Notes: generated by a model not told the origin, from the sequence alone. A stretch of 64,000 nucleotides of DNA from Flavobacteriales bacterium (GCA_046074525.1 JBJTOK010000010.1:86541-150540), one strand, 5' to 3'; counted from the stretch's first letter, positions 51,947 through 61,382 are shown. Made by a program: numbers and translations.

Positions 51947-52121
51947 TGATTGCTGTTTTTATCTTTTCAACGGTAGCGTGATCAGCTTTGAAGATCTCAA
52001 CATTGCCCTGATCCAAATTCACTTTGAAAGTCCCTGCCTCCACAAACTGCCCTAGCAATTCCGAAACACGGGCCATACAGTGCCTGCAAGTCATGCCTTC
52101 TATCTTAATGGTGGTGTTCAT
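51918..52121 (-). CDS. copZ: CopZ-like heavy-metal-associated copper chaperone
   Basis: A 67-aa ferredoxin-like HMA domain with canonical GMTCRHC. Confidence 0.7.
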   Translation of the reverse strand: MNTTIKIEGMTCRHCMARVSELLGQFVEAGTFKVNLDQGNVEIFKADHATVEKIKTAINEDGIYKAL

Positions 52122-52174
52122 GAAGCAAAGTTAGGGGATTTTTAAAATCTATTTGTTTGTTCAGCTTATTTTCT

Positions 52175-52182
52175 TAGCTTTG
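52175..52182 (+). promoter_or_regulatory. Candidate sigma-A -7 element (TAGCTTTG) for rplU-rpmA
   Basis: An exact TAnnTTTG match 29 nt upstream of the rplU ATG. TTG triplets lie in the -33 region (52153..52159). Confidence 0.4.
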
Positions 52183-52210
52183 CCTCCCTTAATTTTTAAA
52201 ACGCGAAAAA

Positions 52211-52528
52211 ATGTACGCAATTGTAGAAATAGCAGGGCAGCAATACAAAGTTGCAAAAGATCAGCAGATCTACGTACATCACCTTGGAGCAGAAGAAGGT
52301 AAGTCACTTACTTTCGACAAAGTTCTTTTGGTTGATAATAACGGGAAGATTTCTGTTGGCGCCCCAGCTGTAAGCGGTGCTTCGGTTACTGCTAAAGTAG
52401 TTACTCCACTCGTAAAAGGAGACAAAGTTTATGTATTCAAAAAGAAGAGAAGAAAAGGGTATCAGAAACTGAACGGTCACCGTCAGCAATTCACCCAGGT
52501 TCAGATCGAAGGCATAAACTTAAAGTAA
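52211..52528 (+). CDS. rplU: 50S ribosomal protein L21
   Basis: [15 protein letters not shown]-terminus; 105 aa. Confidence 0.95.
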   Translation: MYAIVEIAGQQYKVAKDQQIYVHHLGAEEGKSLTFDKVLLVDNNGKISVGAPAVSGASVTAKVVTPLVKGDKVYVFKKKRRKGYQKLNGHRQQFTQVQIEGINLK

Positions 52529-52553
52529 TCATTAACATTAAAAACTAAAGACC

Positions 52554-52808
52554 ATGGCACATAAAAAAGGGGCGGGTAGCACCACCAACGGTAGAGAGTC
52601 AGAGTCGAAAAGACTTGGAGTTAAAAAATTTGGCGGCGAGAAAGTAATCGCTGGAAACATCCTGGTTAGACAAAGAGGAACTGTTCACAATCCGGGCCTG
52701 AATGTAGGTATCGGTAAAGATCACACCCTTTTTGCTTTAGCTGCTGGAGTAGTTAAATTCCAGAAGAAAAAAGGCGACAGATCTTTTGTATCTGTTGTAG
52801 CTGAATAA
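52554..52808 (+). CDS. rpmA: 50S ribosomal protein L27
   Basis: [25 protein letters not shown]-terminus; 84 aa. Confidence 0.95.
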   Translation: MAHKKGAGSTTNGRESESKRLGVKKFGGEKVIAGNILVRQRGTVHNPGLNVGIGKDHTLFALAAGVVKFQKKKGDRSFVSVVAE

Positions 52809-52832
52809 TAAAATTCTTGCAAAAGATAGAGA

Positions 52833-52870
52833 CCTTCTGATTCGAAAGAATTGGAAGGTTTTTCTTTTTT
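52833..52870 (+). terminator. Rho-independent terminator downstream of rpmA
   Basis: CCTTCTGATTC-GAAA-GAATTGGAAGG stem (with two G-U pairs) and a GNRA loop, followed by TTTTTCTTTTTT. Confidence 0.65.
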
Positions 52871-52872
52871 AG

Positions 52873-53619
52873 ATGAAAATCCTCTCTCTCATATGGAAAA
52901 TATGGTTCCTGATCGTAATGATCATCACCACCCTATTTTATTTTCCTTTTGTTTACCTCACTATTTTTATTCTAAAGCGCTATGACATTACCTATAATGT
53001 CTTTTACCGCTGCTGGGCATGGAGCATTTTGATTCCTATCGGCATCTTCCCGAAAAAAATCATAAAGGGCAAGCTCCCCGAAAAACAAGGCTTTATCATG
53101 GTAGCCAATCACACGTCACAACTGGATATCGTGGTGCCTTACACTCTTTTGTCGCAACACTTCGCTTTCCTCGCCAAACGAGAGCTGGCAAAACTTCCCT
53201 TATTCAAAACCAATTTTAGGGGGATGAATATTACGGTAGACAGGAAGAGTTTGGTTTCCGGGTTGGAATCACTCACAGAATGCCGCACCAAGTTGCAACA
53301 GGAGATCAATATTCTGATTTTCCCTGAAGGCACACGATCGAAAAATGCCCCTAAGATGATGGCTTTCAAAAGTGGTGCTTTCAAACTCGCTGTACAGGAA
53401 CAAGTGCCAATAGTCCCTTTGGTTTTCCTGGATAATTATAAAAGACTGGAAGGTGGTAAAGGCTTATTCCATAGCATGGGCGGGCCGGGTCGCAGTAGAA
53501 TGATGGTATTAAACCCTATAGAAACAAAAGGACTCACACAAAAAGATGTGGAGTCCTTGATGGAAAAAGTCTATTCTGAAATGGATAAGATCCTGCAACA
53601 ATCTCTCCTGAACAATTAG
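52873..53619 (+). CDS. plsC: 1-acyl-sn-glycerol-3-phosphate acyltransferase
   Basis: An HX4D-type motif (NHTSQLD) and FPEGTRS. Confidence 0.8.
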   Translation: MKILSLIWKIWFLIVMIITTLFYFPFVYLTIFILKRYDITYNVFYRCWAWSILIPIGIFPKKIIKGKLPEKQGFIMVANHTSQLDIVVPYTLLSQHFAFLAKRELAKLPLFKTNFRGMNITVDRKSLVSGLESLTECRTKLQQEINILIFPEGTRSKNAPKMMAFKSGAFKLAVQEQVPIVPLVFLDNYKRLEGGKGLFHSMGGPGRSRMMVLNPIETKGLTQKDVESLMEKVYSEMDKILQQSLLNN

Positions 53620-54035
53620 CAATACTCTTCAAAAGCAGCTACCAGGTTATCGGCAATCAATTCAGCCGGACGACCTTCAATCGCATGACGCTCGATCATA
53701 TGCACCAAGCGGCCATTTTTAAAGAGGGCAATTGATGGTGATGATGGAGGGTAAGGCAGCATGTACTGACGGGCACGCGCTACTGCATCGGTATCAAAAC
53801 CGGCAAATACAGTAGTGATTTTGCTTGGTTTTTTGCCTGTAGTCTGCACTGCTTGTTTCGCAGCCGGACGCGCATTTCTTGCCGCGCAGCCGCATACTGA
53901 ATTGATCACAACCAAAACAGTTTCTTCTTTACCTGAATTGATTACATTATCTACGTCTTCAGCAGTGCTTAAATCGGCAAAGCCTGCACTGGTGAGATCT
54001 TGTTTTAACGGAAGTACAATTTCTGCTGGGTACAT
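53616..54035 (-). CDS. Bacilliredoxin (BrxA/BrxB, DUF1094 family)
   Basis: A thioredoxin-like fold with a CGC active site (NSVCGCAARNARP) typical of the YphP/YqiW bacilliredoxins. Confidence 0.7.
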   Translation of the reverse strand: MYPAEIVLPLKQDLTSAGFADLSTAEDVDNVINSGKEETVLVVINSVCGCAARNARPAAKQAVQTTGKKPSKITTVFAGFDTDAVARARQYMLPYPPSSPSIALFKNGRLVHMIERHAIEGRPAELIADNLVAAFEEYC

Positions 54036-54168
54036 ATAAGTTGTTTTAAAAATTCTGAATCAAAGTTAAGGAAGAACAGAGCAAATAAGATTTAAAAAAT
54101 GATAAATAAAATCTATCGTCTCCCTTTGTACTGGGAGAGTGCGCTGCTTCTAAGGAAGGAAGAGGGAT

Positions 54169-54615
54169 TTAGCGCTTCTTCTCAAAAAAAGATTGAAGGA
54201 GTTGCCGGCTTTCCTCTGCGAGAATTCCACGACTGACTTCAGTTTTAGGATGCAACATATCAAGGCTCACCAGGCTATAGCCTCTTTTGGGGTCGGAAGA
54301 ACCAAAAACAACACGTTTCAAACGTGTCCAATAGGCTGCGCCGGCACACATACAACAAGGTTCCAATGTAACATAGAGCGTACATTCGTTAAGGAATTTC
54401 CCACCCAAAAAATTAGCGGCTGAAGTAAAGGCCAGCATTTCGGCATGGGCAGTAACATCATTCAGCTGCTCGGTTTGATTGTGAGCACGGGCAATGATTT
54501 GATTTTTACAAACGATGACAGCCCCCACAGGAACCTCATCCTCATGAAAAGCCTGCTGAGCCTCCACCATCGCCTGCTTCATAAAATATTCGTCGGAAAA
54601 TACGCTTAAGTTCAT
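54169..54615 (-). CDS. tadA: tRNA-specific adenosine deaminase
   Basis: CMP/dCMP deaminase zinc motifs HAEMLAF and PCCMCAGA. Confidence 0.85.
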   Translation of the reverse strand: MNLSVFSDEYFMKQAMVEAQQAFHEDEVPVGAVIVCKNQIIARAHNQTEQLNDVTAHAEMLAFTSAANFLGGKFLNECTLYVTLEPCCMCAGAAYWTRLKRVVFGSSDPKRGYSLVSLDMLHPKTEVSRGILAEESRQLLQSFFEKKR

Positions 54616-54670
54616 GAGGCTAAAGTTAAAAGAAGATTCTTACATTTGCTCATCTTAAAAAACTCATATA

Positions 54671-55288
54671 ATGGATAGTTTCAACATTCTCAGTAAAGCA
54701 CACATGGTATTGGTGCTGCTCTTCGTCATCTCTATGCTGATTAAGGTAATCCTGATTTTCAAGAGCAGTGAAGCTTTTGATAAATACCGTGCAAAAACAA
54801 AAATGATTGAAATGGTCATCACCATGCTTTTCCTGGTGCTGGGTATCATTCTCATTGTAATGAAAGATGCAAATTTCCATACGCTCTTCTGGGTGAAACT
54901 AGGCATCGTTGCCGCTGGTATCCCACTAGGCATCATAGGCTCAAAAAAACACAGCAAAGTATTAATCACCCTTTCTTTCTTATGCTTCTTCGTCGCTTAT
55001 GGCCTATCTGAAGTAGCCAAGAAAAAAGCCGTTGTCCAAGAAATTGAAGTGGCCGATGCCTCTAAACTGGGCATGGAATTGTACAATGCTAACTGTACGT
55101 CTTGTCATGGTGAGGATGGTAAAAAGGCTATGGGCGGAGCTTCCGACCTCTCGACTTCAACCCTAAGCCAGGAAGAGGCGAAAAATGTAATCACCAACGG
55201 AAGAAACGGCATGGCTCCTTACGGAGGCGTAATGAAAGCCGAAGACATTGACGCTATTGCTGCTTACCTCCAAACATTGAAAAAATAA
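54671..55288 (+). CDS. Membrane-anchored class I c-type cytochrome
   Basis: Four predicted TM helices, then a C-terminal domain with the heme-binding site CTSCHG and a distal Met (NGMAPYGG). Confidence 0.6.
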   Translation: MDSFNILSKAHMVLVLLFVISMLIKVILIFKSSEAFDKYRAKTKMIEMVITMLFLVLGIILIVMKDANFHTLFWVKLGIVAAGIPLGIIGSKKHSKVLITLSFLCFFVAYGLSEVAKKKAVVQEIEVADASKLGMELYNANCTSCHGEDGKKAMGGASDLSTSTLSQEEAKNVITNGRNGMAPYGGVMKAEDIDAIAAYLQTLKK

Positions 55289-55291
55289 AAC

Positions 55292-56491
55292 GTGGCCAAA
55301 AAAGGTTTTGATACAAAGACAAAAGGCACCGAAAGAGCCGTATTGATTGGTGTTATCACTGATCAGTATTCGAAGCATCATGCTCAGGAATATATGGATG
55401 AGCTGGCTTTTTTGGCCGAAACTGCCGGTGCATACACCGTAGAAACCTTTCAGCAAAAATTGCCGCGACCGGATTCCACCACTTATGTAGGTAAAGGAAA
55501 ACTGGAAGAAATCAAGCTTTTTGTGAAGGAAGAAAAAATTGAACTTGCCATCTTTGATGACGAGCTATCTCCTTCACAAATCAGGAACATTGAGAAGGTA
55601 CTGGAAATAAAAATCCTCGACCGCACCAACCTCATCCTCGATATTTTTGCCAAGCGCGCACAAACCGCCAATGCCAAAGCACAGGTGGAACTGGCGCAAT
55701 ACAAATATTTACTGCCTCGACTCACGCGAATGTGGACCCACCTTTCCAAGCAAAAAGGGGGCATCGGTATGAAGGGACCAGGTGAAACGGAGATTGAAAC
55801 CGACCGTCGTGTAGTGCGCGATAAAATCACTTTACTGAAGGAGCGTCTGGATAAAATCGATCGTCAGGCTGCCGCCCAGCGCAGCAACCGCGAAAGCATG
55901 ATACGCGTGGCTTTGGTGGGCTATACCAACGTGGGGAAAAGCACCATCATGAATGCTATAAGTAAATCGGAAGTATTTGCAGAGAACAAGCTATTCGCTA
56001 CGCTTGATACTACAGTGCGCAAAGTGGTGATTGATAATATTCCATTTCTCTTATCAGATACGGTAGGATTTATCCGCAAATTGCCGCACGATTTGGTGGA
56101 ATCTTTCAAATCTACTTTGGACGAAGTGCGTGAAGCAGATATCCTCTTGCATGTTGTAGATGTGTCGCATCCTTCTTTTGAAGACCACATTCATGTGGTA
56201 CAGGAAACCCTGAAAGATATTGAGTCTTCCGACAAACCGACCTTTTTGATCTTCAATAAAATTGATACTTACCAACCGGTGATCCACGGCAACGAACTGG
56301 AAGAGCCTGGTGAAGAAAACATCGATCCTTTAGAAAAACTCAAGAAAACCTGGATGGCCAAAACCAACGCCTCCTGTATGTTTATCTCAGCTACACAAAA
56401 AGCAAATTGGGAAGAGTTTAAATCATCACTGTATGAAAAAGTGAAGGAGCTGCACGCGAAAAAATATCCTTATAATAACTTTTTGTATTAG
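55292..56491 (+). CDS. hflX: GTPase HflX
   Basis: HflX N-terminal domain, G1 [10 protein letters not shown]3 DTVGF, G4 NKID. GTG start. Confidence 0.9.
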   Translation: MAKKGFDTKTKGTERAVLIGVITDQYSKHHAQEYMDELAFLAETAGAYTVETFQQKLPRPDSTTYVGKGKLEEIKLFVKEEKIELAIFDDELSPSQIRNIEKVLEIKILDRTNLILDIFAKRAQTANAKAQVELAQYKYLLPRLTRMWTHLSKQKGGIGMKGPGETEIETDRRVVRDKITLLKERLDKIDRQAAAQRSNRESMIRVALVGYTNVGKSTIMNAISKSEVFAENKLFATLDTTVRKVVIDNIPFLLSDTVGFIRKLPHDLVESFKSTLDEVREADILLHVVDVSHPSFEDHIHVVQETLKDIESSDKPTFLIFNKIDTYQPVIHGNELEEPGEENIDPLEKLKKTWMAKTNASCMFISATQKANWEEFKSSLYEKVKELHAKKYPYNNFLY

Positions 56492-56494
56492 TAC

Positions 56495-56599
56495 TTTTTC
56501 TCGCGCATGTCATCCTGACGAAGGAAGGACCTATCGTTCTATTAGTGACGTAAAGGCCAATAGGTCCTTCCTTCGTCAGGATGACATGCGCGAGAAAAA
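56495..56599. repeat. 40-bp perfect inverted repeat with a 25-nt loop
   Basis: TTTTTCTCGCGCATGTCATCCTGACGAAGGAAGGACCTAT (56495..56534) is the exact reverse complement of 56560..56599. Loop CGTTCTATTAGTGACGTAAAGGCCA. Lies between hflX (stop at 56491) and the minus-strand PLP enzyme gene (stop at 56614). Confidence 0.6.
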
Positions 56600-56613
56600 T
56601 AAAATCAGAAAAA

Positions 56614-57765
56614 TTACTTCACCACACTCTCAATCGCCTGCTTCAAATCAGCCACTAAATCATCAGCATCTTCAATACCAATGCTCAAGCGGATCAATGA
56701 ATCGGTAACACCCACTTTTTCTCTTTCCTCTTTAGGAATAGAAGCGTGTGTCATAGACGCAGGGTGACCAATAAGGGATTCAACGCCACCAAGTGACTCG
56801 GCGCAAGCAAAGATTTTCACTTTAGATAAAACCTCGCGGGCGGTTTCCAGATGATCATTTTTCAGTGAGAAAGAAATCATTCCGCCAAAATCCTTCATTT
56901 GCCTTTTAGCAACGTCATGATTCGGATGGCCCGGCAAACCAGGGAAATATACTTTTTTTACCGCAGGATGATTCGTCAGAAACTGAGAAACAGCCTTAGC
57001 ATTTTCACAATGACGATCCATGCGAACATGCAATGTTTTGATACCACGCAACGCTAAGAAGCAATCTTGCGGACCAGGAACTACGCCGGTTGCATTTTGC
57101 AGGAAAGCGAGTTTTTCATTCAGTGCATCATCATTGAGAATAATGGCGCCCATGATTACGTCGCTGTGACCGGCAATGTATTTAGTTATAGAGTGTACAA
57201 CAACATCAGCACCCAGATCCAAAGGTCTTTGCAGATATGGAGAAGCAAAAGTATTGTCGACACCCAGAAGAATATTATTTTTTTTCGCGATTGCTGCCAC
57301 CGCTTTGATATCAATGATGTTCATCATCGGATTGGTAGGCGTTTCAAGCCAGATCATCTTTGTGTTTTTGTTGATGTAGGAATTGATCGCTTCCGGATTT
57401 TCCATATCCACAAAATGAAACTTCAATCCGTAGTTCTGGAAAACTCTCACGAAAATGCGGTAAGAGCCACCGTACAAATCGTTGGAAGAAATGATTTCAT
57501 CGCCCGGCGAAAAGGTTTTCAGCAAAACATCCATCGCTCCCAAACCACTGGCATAACACAATCCATGCTTCCCGCCTTCCAATGCTGCAAGGTTTTTTTC
57601 CAGTGCTGTACGTGTAGGGTTGTGGGTACGCGAGTACTCATATCCCTTGTGCACACCCGGACGCTCCTGTACGTAAGTGGATGTTTGGTAAATAGGTGTC
57701 ATGATGGCTCCTGTTGCAGGATCCGGCTCCTGACCAGCATGGATGGCTTTGGTTGCGAATTTCAT
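56614..57765 (-). CDS. Cys/Met-metabolism PLP-dependent enzyme (cystathionine gamma-synthase/beta-lyase/methionine gamma-lyase family)
   Basis: A 383-aa fold-type I PLP enzyme. A Lys in the TKYIAGHSD PLP-binding region. N-terminal MKFATKAIHAGQ. Confidence 0.8.
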   Translation of the reverse strand: MKFATKAIHAGQEPDPATGAIMTPIYQTSTYVQERPGVHKGYEYSRTHNPTRTALEKNLAALEGGKHGLCYASGLGAMDVLLKTFSPGDEIISSNDLYGGSYRIFVRVFQNYGLKFHFVDMENPEAINSYINKNTKMIWLETPTNPMMNIIDIKAVAAIAKKNNILLGVDNTFASPYLQRPLDLGADVVVHSITKYIAGHSDVIMGAIILNDDALNEKLAFLQNATGVVPGPQDCFLALRGIKTLHVRMDRHCENAKAVSQFLTNHPAVKKVYFPGLPGHPNHDVAKRQMKDFGGMISFSLKNDHLETAREVLSKVKIFACAESLGGVESLIGHPASMTHASIPKEEREKVGVTDSLIRLSIGIEDADDLVADLKQAIESVVK

Positions 57766-57919
57766 TGTACTTTATTTAAGAGTTGCAAATGTAGTAAAAA
57801 TGAATGGACACACGCTCACTTCACGAAATGGGCCTCCAACTTCGGATAGCAGTAATCATAAACTCATTTTTATATTCTACTAAATAAGTAGGCGTTTACT
57901 TGTTAATACAGAAAGAGAA

Positions 57920-57967
57920 GGGATTGCTTTGAATTTTCGGGTACGGAAATTTCTCACAATGACGAAC
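57920..57967. repeat. Copy C of the ~47-bp interspersed repeat (GGGATTGCTTTGAATTTTCGGGTACGGAAATTTCTCACAATGACGAAC)
   Basis: See copies A and B. Sits in a divergent promoter region. An additional ATGACGAA/TTCGTCAT 8-bp inverted pair (57958..57965 and 58001..58008) overlaps its 3' end. Confidence 0.7.
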
Positions 57968-58022
57968 TGGGTAATTTTATTATTTTAGTCCAGGCGAATA
58001 TTCGTCATTTCTTAAATTAATT

Positions 58023-59027
58023 ATGAAATCCACCCAGATCGACTGGCTCAACATCGGATTAATGCTTTTATCCCTGATACTGGCATTAAAAATCCCTTTT
58101 GAACTTTTTCTTTTTTCGTATGCGGTGTTAGGTCCATTACACTACCTTACAGAGATCAACTGGCTGAAAGAGAAAAACTATTTCGCAAAGAACAACACTG
58201 TTTTTTGGGTGATGCTGGTTCTGGCTGTGCTGGTGGCCACGCAGCCTGTTCTGGATGCCCTTACCGAATGGTCGGTTACGGCTGATTACCTAAGCTCCTG
58301 GACAGATTCCGCTCTTAGCAACTTCCTCCAGGACTGGTCGCCGAACTTCATTTTTGTCGGACTTATCACTGGTATTTGTTTCGTTATTTTCGATAAGGTT
58401 TGGGTGTCATTGCTTGTTGTTACTCTTGCCAGCACTGCAGGCTTTTTCATTATGAAGGAACCTCCTTTCCGCCTATGGATGGGCGCCTTCCTCCCTACCC
58501 TGATTCACGTGTATATTTTCACCGGACTCTTCATGCTTTATGGCGCCTTGAGGAGCAAGAGCATACCAGGCATCATCAGCGTTGTAGCTCTTGGTGTTTG
58601 CGGATTTCTCATTGCCAATTACAACTTCACCAAGATTCCAACGGTTTCAAAAGACACTTTAATGATATGGGACAAAAGCACTTTTCAGGGACTCACCAAT
58701 AGCTTCGTATCCATGTTCCATATTGAGTTGCCAAGAACCATCGACGGCAAACGAACTTTACTGAGGATACAGGCATTTATAGCCTTTGCCTACACCTACC
58801 ATTACCTCAACTGGTTCTCGAAAACATCCATCATTAAATGGCATCAGGTAAGTAAAAAAGAATTGGCTTTGATCCTAGGTTTCTGGGGAATTTCTGTAGG
58901 ATTGTATTATTATGATTATCACGTAGGATTAATCGTATTGTTCGCCCTGAGTTTCTTCCATGTATTCCTTGAATTCCCCCTGAATGTACACAGCATCAAA
59001 GGGATTTTCCAGAGCATGAAAAAATAA
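58023..59027 (+). CDS. Hypothetical integral membrane protein
   Basis: Eight to nine predicted TM helices; no motif I recognised. Confidence 0.4.
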   Translation: MKSTQIDWLNIGLMLLSLILALKIPFELFLFSYAVLGPLHYLTEINWLKEKNYFAKNNTVFWVMLVLAVLVATQPVLDALTEWSVTADYLSSWTDSALSNFLQDWSPNFIFVGLITGICFVIFDKVWVSLLVVTLASTAGFFIMKEPPFRLWMGAFLPTLIHVYIFTGLFMLYGALRSKSIPGIISVVALGVCGFLIANYNFTKIPTVSKDTLMIWDKSTFQGLTNSFVSMFHIELPRTIDGKRTLLRIQAFIAFAYTYHYLNWFSKTSIIKWHQVSKKELALILGFWGISVGLYYYDYHVGLIVLFALSFFHVFLEFPLNVHSIKGIFQSMKK

Positions 59028-59030
59028 GAA

Positions 59031-59101
59031 TTGTAGATTTTAGATTTACAATTGTAGAATAAGTATTTCGTAATCTAAAATCGTAAATCTAAAATCTACA
59101 A
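59031..59101. terminator. AT-rich 19-bp perfect inverted repeat (putative terminator for the minus-strand NfuA-like gene)
   Basis: TTGTAGATTTTAGATTTAC (59031..59049) against GTAAATCTAAAATCTACAA (59083..59101). The spacer carries further TTGTAGA/ATCTAAAATC sub-repeats. On the minus strand the hairpin is followed by UUCUUAUUUUUU. Confidence 0.5.
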
Positions 59102-59106
59102 TCAAA

Positions 59107-59706
59107 TCATATTGCTTCCGAAACCACCTCTGTTACTTCAGGAACTAATTTTTTGAGGAGACCTTCAATACCTTGCTTTAAAGTCACAGTTGACGAAGGA
59201 CAGCCGCTGCAGGCACCACGAAGAACCACATTCACTTTCCCTTCCCTGAAAGATTTAAAATCGATAGAACCACCATCAGATTCAACTGCCGGACGGATGT
59301 ATTCATTCAAGGCATCAATTATTTTCTGATCAACTTCGGAAGTAGCAACGTTCAACGGCTCATTACTCACCGATATCTGTTCAGCAACAGTTTCTTTTTC
59401 TACAGCCTCTTTCAAAACTACACCACCATCATTGATGTAATCACGGATAAACTCACGCAATTCCATTTGTACCATATCCCATTCTATTTGGTAATTCTTG
59501 GTCACCGACACATAATTATTGGCGATGAAAACCGAATCCACAAACGGGAAACTCAACAATTTAGCAGCCAGCGGCGAGTTGGAAACGTCACTGGAAGTAG
59601 TATAATCTACCGGACTTCCGGCATTCAACACTTTATTGGCTACAAATTTCATAACCCCCGGATTAGGCGTCATTTCTGCGTATATCGTTACAGGTACTTT
59701 TGTCAT
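59107..59706 (-). CDS. NifU/Nfu-family Fe-S cluster scaffold protein
   Basis: Nfu_N-like N-terminal domain and a C-terminal NifU domain with a CxxC (GACSGCPSS). Confidence 0.75.
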   Translation of the reverse strand: MTKVPVTIYAEMTPNPGVMKFVANKVLNAGSPVDYTTSSDVSNSPLAAKLLSFPFVDSVFIANNYVSVTKNYQIEWDMVQMELREFIRDYINDGGVVLKEAVEKETVAEQISVSNEPLNVATSEVDQKIIDALNEYIRPAVESDGGSIDFKSFREGKVNVVLRGACSGCPSSTVTLKQGIEGLLKKLVPEVTEVVSEAI

Positions 59707-59807
59707 AATCGAATAATTTTAAAATTGGCTGTATGCCTGGATCAAAGTTAATCCATTATTAATATATAAGGAGTTAAAATTTGTATTTTAGCCCGATAAA
59801 GAAAAAA

Positions 59808-61382
59808 ATGAAGCACCAAAGCGACTTTCTGATATTGGGTTCCGGCATAGCCGGATTGACCTATGCGCTTAAGGTTGCGCCTTTCGGGAAAGTCACTATC
59901 CTCACCAAAGAAACCCCTGAGGAATCCAGCACAAAGTACGCCCAGGGCGGCATTGCAGCTGTATGGAATGAGCAGGACAACTACGAAAAACACATCAAGG
60001 ACACATTAGAGTGTGGTGGCGGACTATGTGATGAAAATGTAGTAGAAATGGTCGTTCGAGAATCCACTGAAAGAATTCAGGAGTTGATCGACTGGGGTAC
60101 CAAATTCGATAAAAACGAAGAAGGCGAATACGATCTCGCCAAAGAAGGCGGTCACTCTGAACACCGTGTGCTTCATCACAAAGACATCACCGGCTGGGAA
60201 ATAGAAAGAACCCTTTTAAAGAAAGTCCACAAACACCCGAATATTACCGTTCTTGATCACCATTGCGCACTGGAAGTGATTACTCAGCACCATCTGGGCC
60301 GCACTATAACCAGAAAAAACACAGATATTGAGTGCTATGGCGCTTACGTCCTCAACACCAAAACCGGAAAAGTAGACACCTACTTATCTAAAACCACTTT
60401 GATGGCCACCGGAGGTGCGGGGCACGTTTATGGCACAACCACGAATCCATTGATTGCTACAGGCGATGGTATTGCCATGGCTTACCGCGCCAAGATTACG
60501 GTGCAGGACATGGAGTTCATTCAGTTCCACCCTACTTCCTTATACAATCCTGGTGAATATCCTTCCTTCCTTATCACCGAAGCCATTCGCGGCTTTGGCG
60601 CTAAACTGCGCAACAGGAAAGGAAAATATTTCATGAAGAAATACGATGCCCGCGAAGAGCTGGCACCGCGTGATATTGTGGCTCGCTCTATCGACAATGA
60701 ATTGAAGATACATGGAGATGATTATGTGTATCTCGATTGTACACATCTCGACATGGTGAAGTTCAAAGAGCACTTTCCCAATATTCACTCCAAGTGCTTA
60801 TCGTTAGGCATTGATCCGGCGAAAGACTACATCCCTGTTGTCCCTGCGGCGCATTACCTCTGCGGAGGCATTTTGGTAGACGAAAACGGTGTTACCTCAG
60901 CAAAAAATTTGTACGCTATCGGCGAATGCTCCTGCACAGGTTTGCATGGCGCTAACCGATTGGCATCAAACTCCCTTTTAGAAGCTGTGGTTTTCGCACA
61001 CAGAGCGGCATTACACTCATCTGCCGAAATCAAAAACATCAAGATCAACTCTAAAGTTCCCGAATGGAACGACGAAGGAACTGAAGCTCCTGAAGAGATG
61101 ATTCTTATTACACAAAGCTTGAAAGAAGTACAAACCATCATGAGCAGTTATGTTGGTATAGTACGATCGAATATCCGCCTGAACAGGGCGCTGGACCGAC
61201 TGGAGATCATTTATCAGGAAACCGAAAAACTGTACAAAAAAACAACGGCTTCAAAAGAATTATGTGAGTTGAGAAATATCATCAACGTCGCCTACCTCAT
61301 TATCAAATTCGCATCACTCCGCCATGAAAATGTGGGCTTGCATTACAGCCTGGACTACATCAAAAAAAGCGCTGTGAAATGA
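59808..61382 (+). CDS. nadB: L-aspartate oxidase
   Basis: FAD-binding N-terminus DFLILGSGIAGL and the fumarate reductase/succinate dehydrogenase flavoprotein fold (HGANRLASNSLLE). Start moved from TTG 59781 to ATG 59808. Confidence 0.9.
   Translation: MKHQSDFLILGSGIAGLTYALKVAPFGKVTILTKETPEESSTKYAQGGIAAVWNEQDNYEKHIKDTLECGGGLCDENVVEMVVRESTERIQELIDWGTKFDKNEEGEYDLAKEGGHSEHRVLHHKDITGWEIERTLLKKVHKHPNITVLDHHCALEVITQHHLGRTITRKNTDIECYGAYVLNTKTGKVDTYLSKTTLMATGGAGHVYGTTTNPLIATGDGIAMAYRAKITVQDMEFIQFHPTSLYNPGEYPSFLITEAIRGFGAKLRNRKGKYFMKKYDAREELAPRDIVARSIDNELKIHGDDYVYLDCTHLDMVKFKEHFPNIHSKCLSLGIDPAKDYIPVVPAAHYLCGGILVDENGVTSAKNLYAIGECSCTGLHGANRLASNSLLEAVVFAHRAALHSSAEIKNIKINSKVPEWNDEGTEAPEEMILITQSLKEVQTIMSSYVGIVRSNIRLNRALDRLEIIYQETEKLYKKTTASKELCELRNIINVAYLIIKFASLRHENVGLHYSLDYIKKSAVK

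Noticed and set aside
57766-57930. Possible SAM riboswitch (SAM-I or SAM-II) in the leader of the MetB/MetC-family gene
   Set aside because: Read on the minus strand, I could not find the SAM-II GGCUUG...AAAGCU pseudoknot core or the S-box kink-turn. Only a short CTACT/AGTAG hairpin is present. Left unsupported.
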